Of a DNA stretch of 49,618 bases, positions 17,168 to 26,013 are shown one piece after another; position 1 is the stretch's first letter; every line of letters starts with the position of its first letter. Under the pieces are notes generated by a model, which was given only the letters and a program-made list of their open reading frames with translations, did not search any database and was not told where the DNA came from. The DNA comes from Candidatus Methylomirabilota bacterium. Its GTDB lineage: Bacteria; Methylomirabilota; Methylomirabilia; Methylomirabilales; Methylomirabilaceae. The position numbers and the translations under genes were made by a program. The stretch lies in the NCBI GenBank assembly GCA_023249055.1, contig JAHFDH010000002.1, positions 3,226 through 52,843 of the forward strand, in the 5' to 3' direction.

Positions 17168-18896
17168 GGCGGGAGGGCGGGCTCACCCGTATCCTCAACT
17201 CATGATCATCGGGATCGATTCGGCCACCTTCGATCTTGTCGATCCATGGATGAAGTCGGGAGAGTTGCCGAATCTGGCGCGACTGATGAAGGAGGGAGCG
17301 TCCGGCCAGCTCACATCAACCACCCCGCCTGTGAGCCCGCCGGCCTGGGCGTCGTTCATGACCGGGAAGAATCCCGGCAAGCACGGGATCTTTGGGTTCT
17401 TTGAGCCTGTGTCAAACAGCTACACGGTTCGGCACACCAATGGAGGCTCACGCCGGGCCAAAACGATCTGGAAGTTGTTGAGCGAATCCGGCAAACGGAT
17501 CGGGGTCATTAATGTCCCCATGACCTACCCGCCTGAAGAGGTCGCGGGTTACCTGATCGCCGGAATGGATACGCCGGACGAACGAAGCCAGTTCATCTAT
17601 CCTCCTTCGCTTCAGGAGGAGTTGGTCAGGGAATTCGGAAAAATCGAAACGATCGTCTATCATTTCCGGCAGAAACTCGGAGACAGCTACCAGTCGGCGT
17701 ATCAGGCCTTCAAGCTGTGGGAGCGGCTGGAGGAGCGGCGCGCCGATCTCTGTCGGCACCTGATGCGCACTCACCCCACCGATCTGGTCATGGTACACTT
17801 CTTCGCCATTGATCAGATTCAGCACTACTTCTGGCATTACATGGATCCGACCCATCCCCTGTACGATCCGGCAGGGGCCGGCACGCTGGGCGGAGTCATT
17901 AAGGAGATCTATCGCAAGATCGATGGTCTTCTGGGAGAGTTGCTGGCGCTTCTGCCGGAGGAAACCAACCTGATCGTCCTCTCAGACCATGGCGCCGGCC
18001 CGCTGAGCAGCCGACGCATTTTCGTCAATAACTTTCTGGCCTCGCTGGGTCTCCTGCAATTCAAGGATGCGGAACGACCGGCGCCGACGGTCGCCTCTGC
18101 GGCTCACCTCGCCATGCAACAGATGGACGCCTTACTGAAGCGGCTTCTCCCATCCAGGGTCAGAACCTGGCTGACCTGGACCTTCCCTCAGGCGAGAGAT
18201 AAGTTCGAATCGTATATCGCCACTGGTCAGATCGATTGGAGCGCCACGAAGGCCTATTCCAACGAGAAGTTCGGCCCTTCGATCTGGATCAACCTGAAGG
18301 GCCTCCGGCCTCATGGGATTGTGGAGCCTGGAGCCGAGTATGAGGAACTGCTCTCTTTCATTACCCGGAAGTTGTACGAGGTCAAGGATCCCGAGACCGG
18401 CGCCCAGATGATCACGCGGGTGTACCGGAAGGAGGAGATTTATGCCGGCCCTCACCTTGACAACGCGCCGGACCTGCTGATTGACGAGTGGCTCGATCTC
18501 GCCTTCCATCCGGCCCAGAGCACCGGCAAGCACGGAGACCGGCCCATCGTAACGAGCGAGAAGCCCAAGGGGAAGACCATCCGCGAGAAGACGGGGAGCC
18601 ACCGGTACCATGGGATTCTCTTCCTCCGCGGTCAGCCGGTGAAGACGGGAGTGACCCTTGCCGGCGCGAAGATCATCGACCTTGCGCCGACGATTCTTCA
18701 CCTGATGGGCCTATCTGTTCCTGATGACATGGATGGCCGGGTGCTGACCGACGCACTCACGGACGAGTTTCTGGCCGACCATCCAATCACGTTCAACAAG
18801 GGAGACGGCAGCGTGCAAGAGAGCCGGCCGGCCTATTCTGACGAGGACGCCCGCAAGGTGGAGGAGCGGCTCAAGTCCCTCGGATACATCGAGTGA
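17148..18896 (+). CDS. Alkaline-phosphatase superfamily protein (type I phosphodiesterase/nucleotide pyrophosphatase-like)
   Basis: IGIDSA, STTPPVSPPAWASFMTG, LSDHG, GSH and DLAPTIL; ends ERLKSLGYIE. Confidence 0.85.
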   Translation: MSDTLGKAGGRAHPYPQLMIIGIDSATFDLVDPWMKSGELPNLARLMKEGASGQLTSTTPPVSPPAWASFMTGKNPGKHGIFGFFEPVSNSYTVRHTNGGSRRAKTIWKLLSESGKRIGVINVPMTYPPEEVAGYLIAGMDTPDERSQFIYPPSLQEELVREFGKIETIVYHFRQKLGDSYQSAYQAFKLWERLEERRADLCRHLMRTHPTDLVMVHFFAIDQIQHYFWHYMDPTHPLYDPAGAGTLGGVIKEIYRKIDGLLGELLALLPEETNLIVLSDHGAGPLSSRRIFVNNFLASLGLLQFKDAERPAPTVASAAHLAMQQMDALLKRLLPSRVRTWLTWTFPQARDKFESYIATGQIDWSATKAYSNEKFGPSIWINLKGLRPHGIVEPGAEYEELLSFITRKLYEVKDPETGAQMITRVYRKEEIYAGPHLDNAPDLLIDEWLDLAFHPAQSTGKHGDRPIVTSEKPKGKTIREKTGSHRYHGILFLRGQPVKTGVTLAGAKIIDLAPTILHLMGLSVPDDMDGRVLTDALTDEFLADHPITFNKGDGSVQESRPAYSDEDARKVEERLKSLGYIE

Positions 18897-20017
18897 TGAA
18901 GGTCTGCTTGATCGGGCCCGCGTACCCGCTTCGCGGCGGGATCGCCCACTATACCGCATTCCTCGCCAACGCCTTACGGAAGCAACATGACGTTACCCTG
19001 CTCGCGTTCACCCGGCTCTATCCGTCGCTATTCTTTCCCGGAACCACCGAGTTCGACACGAGTCGCCGCAGGTTCGCGGCTGAAGGCGAATCGATCTTCG
19101 ATCCGCTCGATCCCCGCTCTTGGGTTCGAACGGCCCGGCGCATCCGAGCACTCGCCCCAGACCTGATCATCGTCCAGTGGTGGAGCCCCATCTTCGCCAT
19201 CCCCATCGGGACGCTGATTCGCCTGGTGAGACGGCACGCTAGCCCCAGAGTGCTGTTCATCTGCCACAACGTCACGCCGCACGAGCGGATCCCGGGCGAG
19301 GGACTGCTGCCCCGGTTCGCCTTCGCTGTTGCCGATCTGTTCATCGTCCATTCAGGGGAAGACCTCGCCAATCTGCGGGCCATTCAGCCTGACGCTCGGA
19401 TTCAGAAGCTCTTCCTCCCGATCAACAATGGCTTTGGGCCCCCCATTGCGAAAGCGGAAGCCCGACACCGGCTTGGCCTCTCTGCTTCGCCTACGATCCT
19501 GTTTTTCGGTTTGATCAGGCGCTACAAGGGGCTGCCACACCTGCTCCAGGCGATGCCGTTGATCCTAAGGACGATCGACTGCACCCTATTGATCGTTGGG
19601 GAGTTTTATGATGGGCGTGAGGAGTGCCTTGGACTGATCCGGTCGCTCGATCTCTCGGCTCGCGTGCGCCTGGTGGATCGCTATGTCCCCAATGAGGAGG
19701 TTGCCCTCTACTTCTCTGCCGCCGATCTCGTAGTCCTCCCTTACACCTCAGCCACCCAAAGCGCCGTTGTTCCCATCGCCTACTCGTTCGAGCGGCCGGT
19801 TGTGACTACCAAGGTCGGAGGACTGCCCGAGGTGGTGATCGACGGCCTCACCGGCTTCCTGGTTGATCCGGCAAATCCAGCGGCTTTAGCAGAGGCCATC
19901 TCCCGGTACTTCCGAGAGGCGCGGGAGGCGGAATTCGTCAAGGGGATCACGCGGCAACGGGAGCGACTTTCGTGGGAGCGGTTCACCGACGAGATCACGG
20001 CACTCTGCCAGCGTTGA
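18893..20017 (+). CDS. Glycosyltransferase family 4 (GT-B)
   Basis: GPAYPLRGGIAHY, FFGLIRRYKG, LPYTSATQS and VGGLPEV. Confidence 0.9.
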   Translation: MMKVCLIGPAYPLRGGIAHYTAFLANALRKQHDVTLLAFTRLYPSLFFPGTTEFDTSRRRFAAEGESIFDPLDPRSWVRTARRIRALAPDLIIVQWWSPIFAIPIGTLIRLVRRHASPRVLFICHNVTPHERIPGEGLLPRFAFAVADLFIVHSGEDLANLRAIQPDARIQKLFLPINNGFGPPIAKAEARHRLGLSASPTILFFGLIRRYKGLPHLLQAMPLILRTIDCTLLIVGEFYDGREECLGLIRSLDLSARVRLVDRYVPNEEVALYFSAADLVVLPYTSATQSAVVPIAYSFERPVVTTKVGGLPEVVIDGLTGFLVDPANPAALAEAISRYFREAREAEFVKGITRQRERLSWERFTDEITALCQR

Positions 20018-20061
20018 GAGCAACCCAACAGGCCCGCGCGCCCAGGAGCTGCGCTTTCCTG

Positions 20062-20090
20062 TTGACATCGCAGTCGGCTTTGCTTAACTT
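20062..20090 (+). promoter_or_regulatory. Putative internal sigma70 promoter
   Basis: TTGACA-17 nt-TAACTT in the intergenic gap before the sulfatase-like gene. Confidence 0.55.
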
Positions 20091-20190
20091 TCTTAGCATT
20101 CGTGACTGAGTGACCCCTCAGGGAACCGGCTATGCCGAGCGGCTAATAAGTGCATCAACAGGAATGGCGAGGACACGTTACAAATAGCTC

Positions 20191-21462
20191 ATGAGAAAAA
20201 ATCTGCTGTTTATTGTGGTCGATTGTCTCAGGGCGGATGTCTGTTTTGGAAACCACAGGCCTGTCCAGACACCGACCGTCGATCGCTTGGCAACCTCGGG
20301 GACAACCTTCACGCAAGCGATCGCCTCTGCCACTACGACGACCCCGTGCGCGGGAAGCATCATGACCGGGCGTTACCCTTTCGCTCACGGTATCCTAGGC
20401 CATAGCGGATACCGGCTACTGCCTGACTGCCCCACGTTGGCTGAGGTGCTGAAGACCCACGGCTACCGGACCGCCGCCTTCGTCACGGGCCCTCTGCTCT
20501 CCCATACCGGGCTCGACCGTGGCTTTGATGAATACCATCACCGTCCCCCACATGCCCACCTCTATACAGAATGGGGAAACCAGATAAGGGGCACCCTCGC
20601 CTCCTACGCCGCGACGCAGGACCCTTGGTTCCTCTACGTCCATCTCTGGGAGCTTCACACACCCCGATACCTCCTGCCTGACTACGACACCCATGCCTTT
20701 GGCAGACACCGCTACGAGCGGGCGCTGGCTTGCCTCGACCGCCAACTTGCGAGCCTGCTCGAAAAGATCGATTTGGATTCGACCGTCCTGGTTTTCCACG
20801 GCGACCACGGGGAACAATACAAGAAGCCCGCAGGAGGGCGTAGATTCGGGAAGGTGACGCGATGGTTAGGCTTCGGGAAGAAGCGCCCAATCGCACGGGT
20901 GACTCATGGGTACCATGTGTACGATATTTTGGTTCGGGTTCCTCTGATCTTCGTGGGACCTGGCCTCTTCCCGCCGGGTTTGGTGGTATCCCAGCAGGTC
21001 AGACAGGTTGATATCTTCTCGACGAGCTTGGACGTACTGGGGATTCACTGTGAGTCGGAGAAGGAACTCCAAGGACGGAGCCTTTTGCCCCTCATCCGCA
21101 CAGGTCAGGGGGAAGAGGCGCCCGCTCTGGTGAAAGCCTGCGGCAGGGCGATCCCCGATAAACGAGACTGGCTGGTGGGCATCAGGACTCCCGAGTGGAA
21201 ATTTGTTTTCGCCCCCGACAATCCCAGGATCTGTCCGGAACTCTACCATCTTGTGGAAGATCCATCCGAGTCCCAGAACGTCCTCGACCGGTGGCCAGAG
21301 ATGGCCGAACAGCTTAAGCAGATGATCCTCCACATCCACAGCGGCTACCCCCGTTCCTCGATGACGAGCGGTGAGGGGGAGACACGGTCGCAGAGGGAGG
21401 ATTCCCCGCAAGGGGATCTCGCACACAAACTGGAGGGAATGGAGGGGAGGCGCACGCAATGA
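20191..21462 (+). CDS. Sulfatase-like hydrolase/transferase
   Basis: NLLFIVVDCLRAD, TTPCAGSIMTG (Thr where formylglycine sulfatases have C/SxPxR), HLWELHTP, GDHGE and HG...RVPL. Confidence 0.85.
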   Translation: MRKNLLFIVVDCLRADVCFGNHRPVQTPTVDRLATSGTTFTQAIASATTTTPCAGSIMTGRYPFAHGILGHSGYRLLPDCPTLAEVLKTHGYRTAAFVTGPLLSHTGLDRGFDEYHHRPPHAHLYTEWGNQIRGTLASYAATQDPWFLYVHLWELHTPRYLLPDYDTHAFGRHRYERALACLDRQLASLLEKIDLDSTVLVFHGDHGEQYKKPAGGRRFGKVTRWLGFGKKRPIARVTHGYHVYDILVRVPLIFVGPGLFPPGLVVSQQVRQVDIFSTSLDVLGIHCESEKELQGRSLLPLIRTGQGEEAPALVKACGRAIPDKRDWLVGIRTPEWKFVFAPDNPRICPELYHLVEDPSESQNVLDRWPEMAEQLKQMILHIHSGYPRSSMTSGEGETRSQREDSPQGDLAHKLEGMEGRRTQ

Positions 21463-22853
21463 TGGGTTCGGCGGCATCGAAAAAGGTCTTGGTTATAGGG
21501 CTCGACTGCGCGGCCCCGGAACTCGTATTCGAACGATGGCTCTCTTGCCTACCGAACATCCGGAGGCTGATGAGTAGCGGCCTCTATGGCACGCTGGAGA
21601 GCACCACCCCGCCCATCACGGTCCCCGCGTGGATGTCGATGATGACCAGCAAAGATCCAGGGCGGCTCGGGATCTACGGCTTCAGGAATCGAAAGGATTA
21701 TTCCTACGACGGCATGGCCTTTGCCACCTCCCAGGCGATCAAGGAGGATACCGTCTGGGATATCCTCTCCCGCGCCGGCAAGACGGTAACCCTGATCAGT
21801 GTCCCGCCCAGCTACCCGCCGAAACCGGTGAACGGACACCTGATCTCCTGCTTCATGACTCCCGACGCTACCTCCCAGTACACCTACCCGCCGTCGTTGA
21901 AAGCGGAGGTCGAGAATCTGGTAGGGGAGTACTTGTTCGACGCAGAGGGGTTCAGATCCGACGATAAGGAGCGGATCCTGAAGCAGATCTATCTTATGAC
22001 TGAGAAGCGGTTTGCGGTCGCGAAATACTTGATGCAGCAAAAGCCTTGGGATTTCTTTATGCTCGTGGAGATCGGGGTCGATCGGATTCACCACGGCTTC
22101 TGGACGTACTTTGATGAAGCTCATCGAAAGCACCAACCCGGTTCGCCGTTCGAGCACGCCATCCGGGATTATTACATCTATCTTGATGGTTTGATCGGTG
22201 ATTTACTGGCCCTGATCGATGACCAGACCGCGGTCCTGATTGTGTCGGACCATGGGGCCAAGCGGCTGGACGGCGGCATCTGCATTAACGAGTGGCTCAT
22301 GGCGGAAGGGTATCTGACGCTGAAGGAAGCCCCAAGTGCGGTGACGCCGTTCGGAAAAGTCACCGTGGATTGGGAGCGCACCCAGGCCTGGGGCGAAGGC
22401 GGGTATTACGGCAGACTCTTTTTAAACGTAAAAGGACGCGAGCCAAACGGAACGATCGACCCCTCCCAATACGAGACGACGAGGGATGAGCTGATTGAGC
22501 GGCTCAACACGATCACCGACGAGCAGGGACGGCGGATAGGGGTTAAGGCATTCAAACCGCAGCAGATCTACTCGGAGTGTCGTGGCATCCCACCGGATCT
22601 GATCATCTATTTTGGGGACCTGGCCTGGCGATCGGTCGGCAGCGTAGGATACCGCTCGATCTGGACCTTTGAAAACGATACCGGGCCGGACGACGCCAAC
22701 CACGCGCAGCATGGGATCTTCATTCTGTACGATCCTTCCTCGATACAGAGCAGAACGGTGGAGGGGACTCGCATCATGGATATCGCCCCGACCATCCTCA
22801 ATCTTTTCGGCTTCCCCATCCCTCGGGATATGCAAGGAAGACCGATCCGTTAA
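21459..22853 (+). CDS. Alkaline-phosphatase superfamily protein (phosphodiesterase-like)
   Basis: IGLDCA, STTPPITVPAW, DRIHHGFW, VSDHG and NDTGPDDANH. Confidence 0.85.
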   Translation: MMGSAASKKVLVIGLDCAAPELVFERWLSCLPNIRRLMSSGLYGTLESTTPPITVPAWMSMMTSKDPGRLGIYGFRNRKDYSYDGMAFATSQAIKEDTVWDILSRAGKTVTLISVPPSYPPKPVNGHLISCFMTPDATSQYTYPPSLKAEVENLVGEYLFDAEGFRSDDKERILKQIYLMTEKRFAVAKYLMQQKPWDFFMLVEIGVDRIHHGFWTYFDEAHRKHQPGSPFEHAIRDYYIYLDGLIGDLLALIDDQTAVLIVSDHGAKRLDGGICINEWLMAEGYLTLKEAPSAVTPFGKVTVDWERTQAWGEGGYYGRLFLNVKGREPNGTIDPSQYETTRDELIERLNTITDEQGRRIGVKAFKPQQIYSECRGIPPDLIIYFGDLAWRSVGSVGYRSIWTFENDTGPDDANHAQHGIFILYDPSSIQSRTVEGTRIMDIAPTILNLFGFPIPRDMQGRPIR

Positions 22854-22868
22854 AAAGGAGACATCACC

Positions 22869-23396
22869 TTGAATCACGGCTTTACGATCTGGTTCACCGG
22901 ACTCTCCGGAGCAGGGAAGACGACTATCTCGCGGCTGGTCGAGGCTGACCTTCGCGGACGAGGTCTGCCGGTGGAGGTGCTGGACGGGGACATCGTGCGA
23001 CAGAATCTGAGCCAGGGCCTCGGCTTCACCAAAGCGGACCGGGACACCAATATCCTGCGGATCGCCTTTGTCAGCAAGTTGCTCACGCGAAACCGCGTAG
23101 TGACCCTGGTTTCGGCCATCTCCCCGTATCGCGAGACCAGGGAGATGGCCCGCAAGGAAATCGGGCACTTCGTGGAGGTCTACGTCAAATGCCCCTTGGA
23201 CACCTGCATCGCCAGGGATACCAAGGGACTGTACCGGAAGGCGCTGGAAGGAGCTATCCCCTATTTCACCGGAATCTCCGACCCCTATGAAGAGCCGCTG
23301 GAGCCAGAGATTGTCCTGCACACGGATCAAGAGGCTCCTCAGGAGAGCGCAGCTAGGATCTTCAGTCGCCTCAAAGAACTGGGCTACCTCCTGTGA
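22869..23396 (+). CDS. cysC: Adenylyl-sulfate (APS) kinase
   Basis: WFTGLSGAGKTT, LDGD..R, ISPY, RD.KGLY and FTGISDPYEEP. TTG start after AAGGAG. Confidence 0.95.
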   Translation: MNHGFTIWFTGLSGAGKTTISRLVEADLRGRGLPVEVLDGDIVRQNLSQGLGFTKADRDTNILRIAFVSKLLTRNRVVTLVSAISPYRETREMARKEIGHFVEVYVKCPLDTCIARDTKGLYRKALEGAIPYFTGISDPYEEPLEPEIVLHTDQEAPQESAARIFSRLKELGYLL

Positions 23397-23502
23397 ATCT
23401 GCTCGGCAGGACACCCCTTGCCGCCGGGTATTTTGCGGTATGGCATGAGGATCGGCAGTTTCGCGGATGAGATCGTGAATGACCCGCGGCCGGAGGCGCT
23501 CG

Positions 23503-24954
23503 ATGCCAGATAGAAAGGTCCTTCTGCTGAATCCTCCCGGAGACCGTAAGTTCTTTAGGGACTATTACTGCACGAAGGTCTCCAAAGCCCGATACTATTA
23601 CCACCCCCTCGACCTCGCCTACCTCAGCGGAAGATTCGGTACCGGATACGAGGTGAAGGTCATAGATGCCATCGCCGAGGCGCTGGACCCTGAGCGGTGT
23701 CTTGCCGCGATCAAAGGCTTCGACCCCGACGTGGCGGTCTTCTTGATCTCTTCTCCTTCCTACAAGCAGGATGTGCGCTTTCTGACGGACGCCAAGGCGC
23801 TTTGCCCCCAGACGCAGTTCATCGGCTCGGGCGACGTCTATCGCGAGTTCAAGGTTCGAGCCTTCGAGCTTCACCCCTTTCTCGATGCGGTCCTCCTCGA
23901 TTTTTCGACGTCCGATCTCTTGAACCTGATCGAAGGAGCCGAAGGACAGGTCATCGAGAACGTGATCTACCGCCACAGAGGTCGAATCATCGAGGGTCAA
24001 GAAACTCACGGTCACGGTCAATTCTCGATGCCGATTCCGAGATGGCACCTTTTCCCCTTGGACCGTTACAGCTTCCCCTTCGCGTTGAGGCGAAAGGTCG
24101 GCACGATCCTTACCGATTTCGGCTGTCCATATTCTTGCACGTTCTGCCCGATCAGTACGCTCGGATTCAAGCTGCGCGACATCGAAAGCGTCATCGATGA
24201 GATCCGTACACTGAGATCACTCGGCATCCACGAACTGTTCGTCAGGGACCAGACGTTCGGCGTCAACAAGGAGCGGACCTTCGAGTTGTGCGGGAGGATG
24301 GCCGAAGAAGCGCTGAATGTCTGGTGGACCTGCTTTTCGCGCGTGGATGTCGTGACCGACGAAATGCTGGCCGCCATGAAAGCCGCCGGATGCCACACCG
24401 TGATGTTCGGGATTGAAACCGCCGATGACCGAGTTTTGAAGGACTTGAAGAAAAATACGACGCTTGATCAAACGGTGCGGGCGCTGGAGCTCTGTCGGAA
24501 GCATAGGTTGCGAACCCTCGGCACCTTCCTGCTCGGCCTACCGGGAGAACCCAGGGAGTCCACCCTACGGACGATAGCGCTGGCGAAGCGACTTGGGCTT
24601 GACTTTGCGTCATTCAATATCGCGACCCCGCGTTTTGGCACGCCGTTCAGGGCGGATGCCCTACAGAACGAGTGGATTGACAACACCGAGATACAGATGG
24701 ACTCTGCGAAATCGAGGCCGATCTGGAAGAACCAGCCGGTCAGCAACGAAGAAATCTATCGCTTGCATCGAATGGCGGCGCGGAGCTTCTACCTGAGGCC
24801 TACCTACCTCGCGCGTCGTCTGGCGAATCTGCGCACCCCGTATGAGTTCCTAGCGAATCTGAGGGAAGCGTATGGTCTTCTCTTCTCATCAGGCTCTTCC
24901 AATCGCATTCTACGCATGAGAGAGCAGAACGTAGTACCCTGGCGGATGCCATGA
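23503..24954 (+). CDS. B12-binding radical SAM protein
   Basis: GCPYSCTFC (CxxxCxxC), N-terminal LLNPP/PLDLAYL cobalamin-binding-type domain, FGIET and FLLGLPGE. ATG 23503 after GGAGG. Confidence 0.85.
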   Translation: MPDRKVLLLNPPGDRKFFRDYYCTKVSKARYYYHPLDLAYLSGRFGTGYEVKVIDAIAEALDPERCLAAIKGFDPDVAVFLISSPSYKQDVRFLTDAKALCPQTQFIGSGDVYREFKVRAFELHPFLDAVLLDFSTSDLLNLIEGAEGQVIENVIYRHRGRIIEGQETHGHGQFSMPIPRWHLFPLDRYSFPFALRRKVGTILTDFGCPYSCTFCPISTLGFKLRDIESVIDEIRTLRSLGIHELFVRDQTFGVNKERTFELCGRMAEEALNVWWTCFSRVDVVTDEMLAAMKAAGCHTVMFGIETADDRVLKDLKKNTTLDQTVRALELCRKHRLRTLGTFLLGLPGEPRESTLRTIALAKRLGLDFASFNIATPRFGTPFRADALQNEWIDNTEIQMDSAKSRPIWKNQPVSNEEIYRLHRMAARSFYLRPTYLARRLANLRTPYEFLANLREAYGLLFSSGSSNRILRMREQNVVPWRMP

Positions 24955-25901
24955 AGGTGATCGTACAAATCCCCTGTCTGAACGAAGAGCACACCCTGCC
25001 TGAGACGGTCAAGGATATCCCGCGGACCATCCCTGGCGTCGACTCAGTCGAAATTCTCGTCATCGATGACGGCAGTTCCGACCTGACATCAGAGGTGGCC
25101 CGTCATTTGGGCGTCGATCATGTCATCAGACATCCCAAACGACTTGGATACGGCAGAGCTTTCAAGACGGGCTTGGATGAGGCGCTGGCTCTGGGAGCGG
25201 ATATCATCGTCAATACCGATGGGGACAACCAATACTTCGGCGGCGACATCCCCAAGCTGATCGCGCCGATCCTAGAAGGACGGGCTGATCTGGTCGTCGG
25301 TGACCGGGAGGTGGACCGGCTTGCCCACTTCTCTCCCTTCAAGAAGTTCCTTCAGCACCTCGGAAGCTGGGTGGTGAGAGCTGCGTCGAATACCGAAATA
25401 CCCGATGCGGCCAGCGGGTTTCGCGCCTACTCCCGGGAAGCTGCCCTGCGTCTGCACATCTTCACCAACTTCAGCCATAGCATGGAGACCCTCATTCAGG
25501 CGGGTCGCAAGGGCATCGCTATCACGCACATCTCCATCCGGACCAACCAGCCGCTCCGCCCTTCCCATCTGTACAGGAGCTTGTGGGGATATCTACTGGC
25601 CTCGGCCACGACCATCATCCGCATTTACGCCATGTATAAACCCCTTCCCATTTTCTTTGGAATCGGGTTGGGAGTGAGCTGCGTCGGACTTCTCATCTCG
25701 GGGCGCTTCCTCTATTTCTACTTCACCGGATCGCCCCATGGTCATATACAGTCCCTGATCTTTGCGGGCGCCCTATTGGTAATCGGGGTTCAGATTATCT
25801 TGCTGGGACTCCTCTCCGATCTTATCGCCGGGGTTCGAAGCATCGGAGAGGAGATCCTCTACCAATCGAAGAAACGCCCACCCTCGAAAGACCAGAGATA
25901 A
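24951..25901 (+). CDS. GT2, polyprenol-phosphate glycosyltransferase (DPM-synthase-like) with two C-terminal TM helices
   Basis: QIPCLNEE, IDDGS, NTDGDNQY, DAASGFRA and hydrophobic C-terminus. Confidence 0.9.
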   Translation: MKVIVQIPCLNEEHTLPETVKDIPRTIPGVDSVEILVIDDGSSDLTSEVARHLGVDHVIRHPKRLGYGRAFKTGLDEALALGADIIVNTDGDNQYFGGDIPKLIAPILEGRADLVVGDREVDRLAHFSPFKKFLQHLGSWVVRAASNTEIPDAASGFRAYSREAALRLHIFTNFSHSMETLIQAGRKGIAITHISIRTNQPLRPSHLYRSLWGYLLASATTIIRIYAMYKPLPIFFGIGLGVSCVGLLISGRFLYFYFTGSPHGHIQSLIFAGALLVIGVQIILLGLLSDLIAGVRSIGEEILYQSKKRPPSKDQR

Positions 25902-26013
25902 GCTCATCGAACCGCCCCATCAGAATGCTTCATCTCAGCCCGCCACGCTCATCTTCCCCTTACTGCAGGCCGCAAAGAGAACGCGAACAGGCTCGAATCC
26001 CGAGAAGCCTCGG

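Noticed and set aside
20091-20190. Possible riboswitch in the leader of the sulfatase-like gene (small CTGAG/CTCAG and CGGC/GCCG hairpins)
   Set aside because: Stems are short and match no family I recognise; an Rfam scan would be needed.
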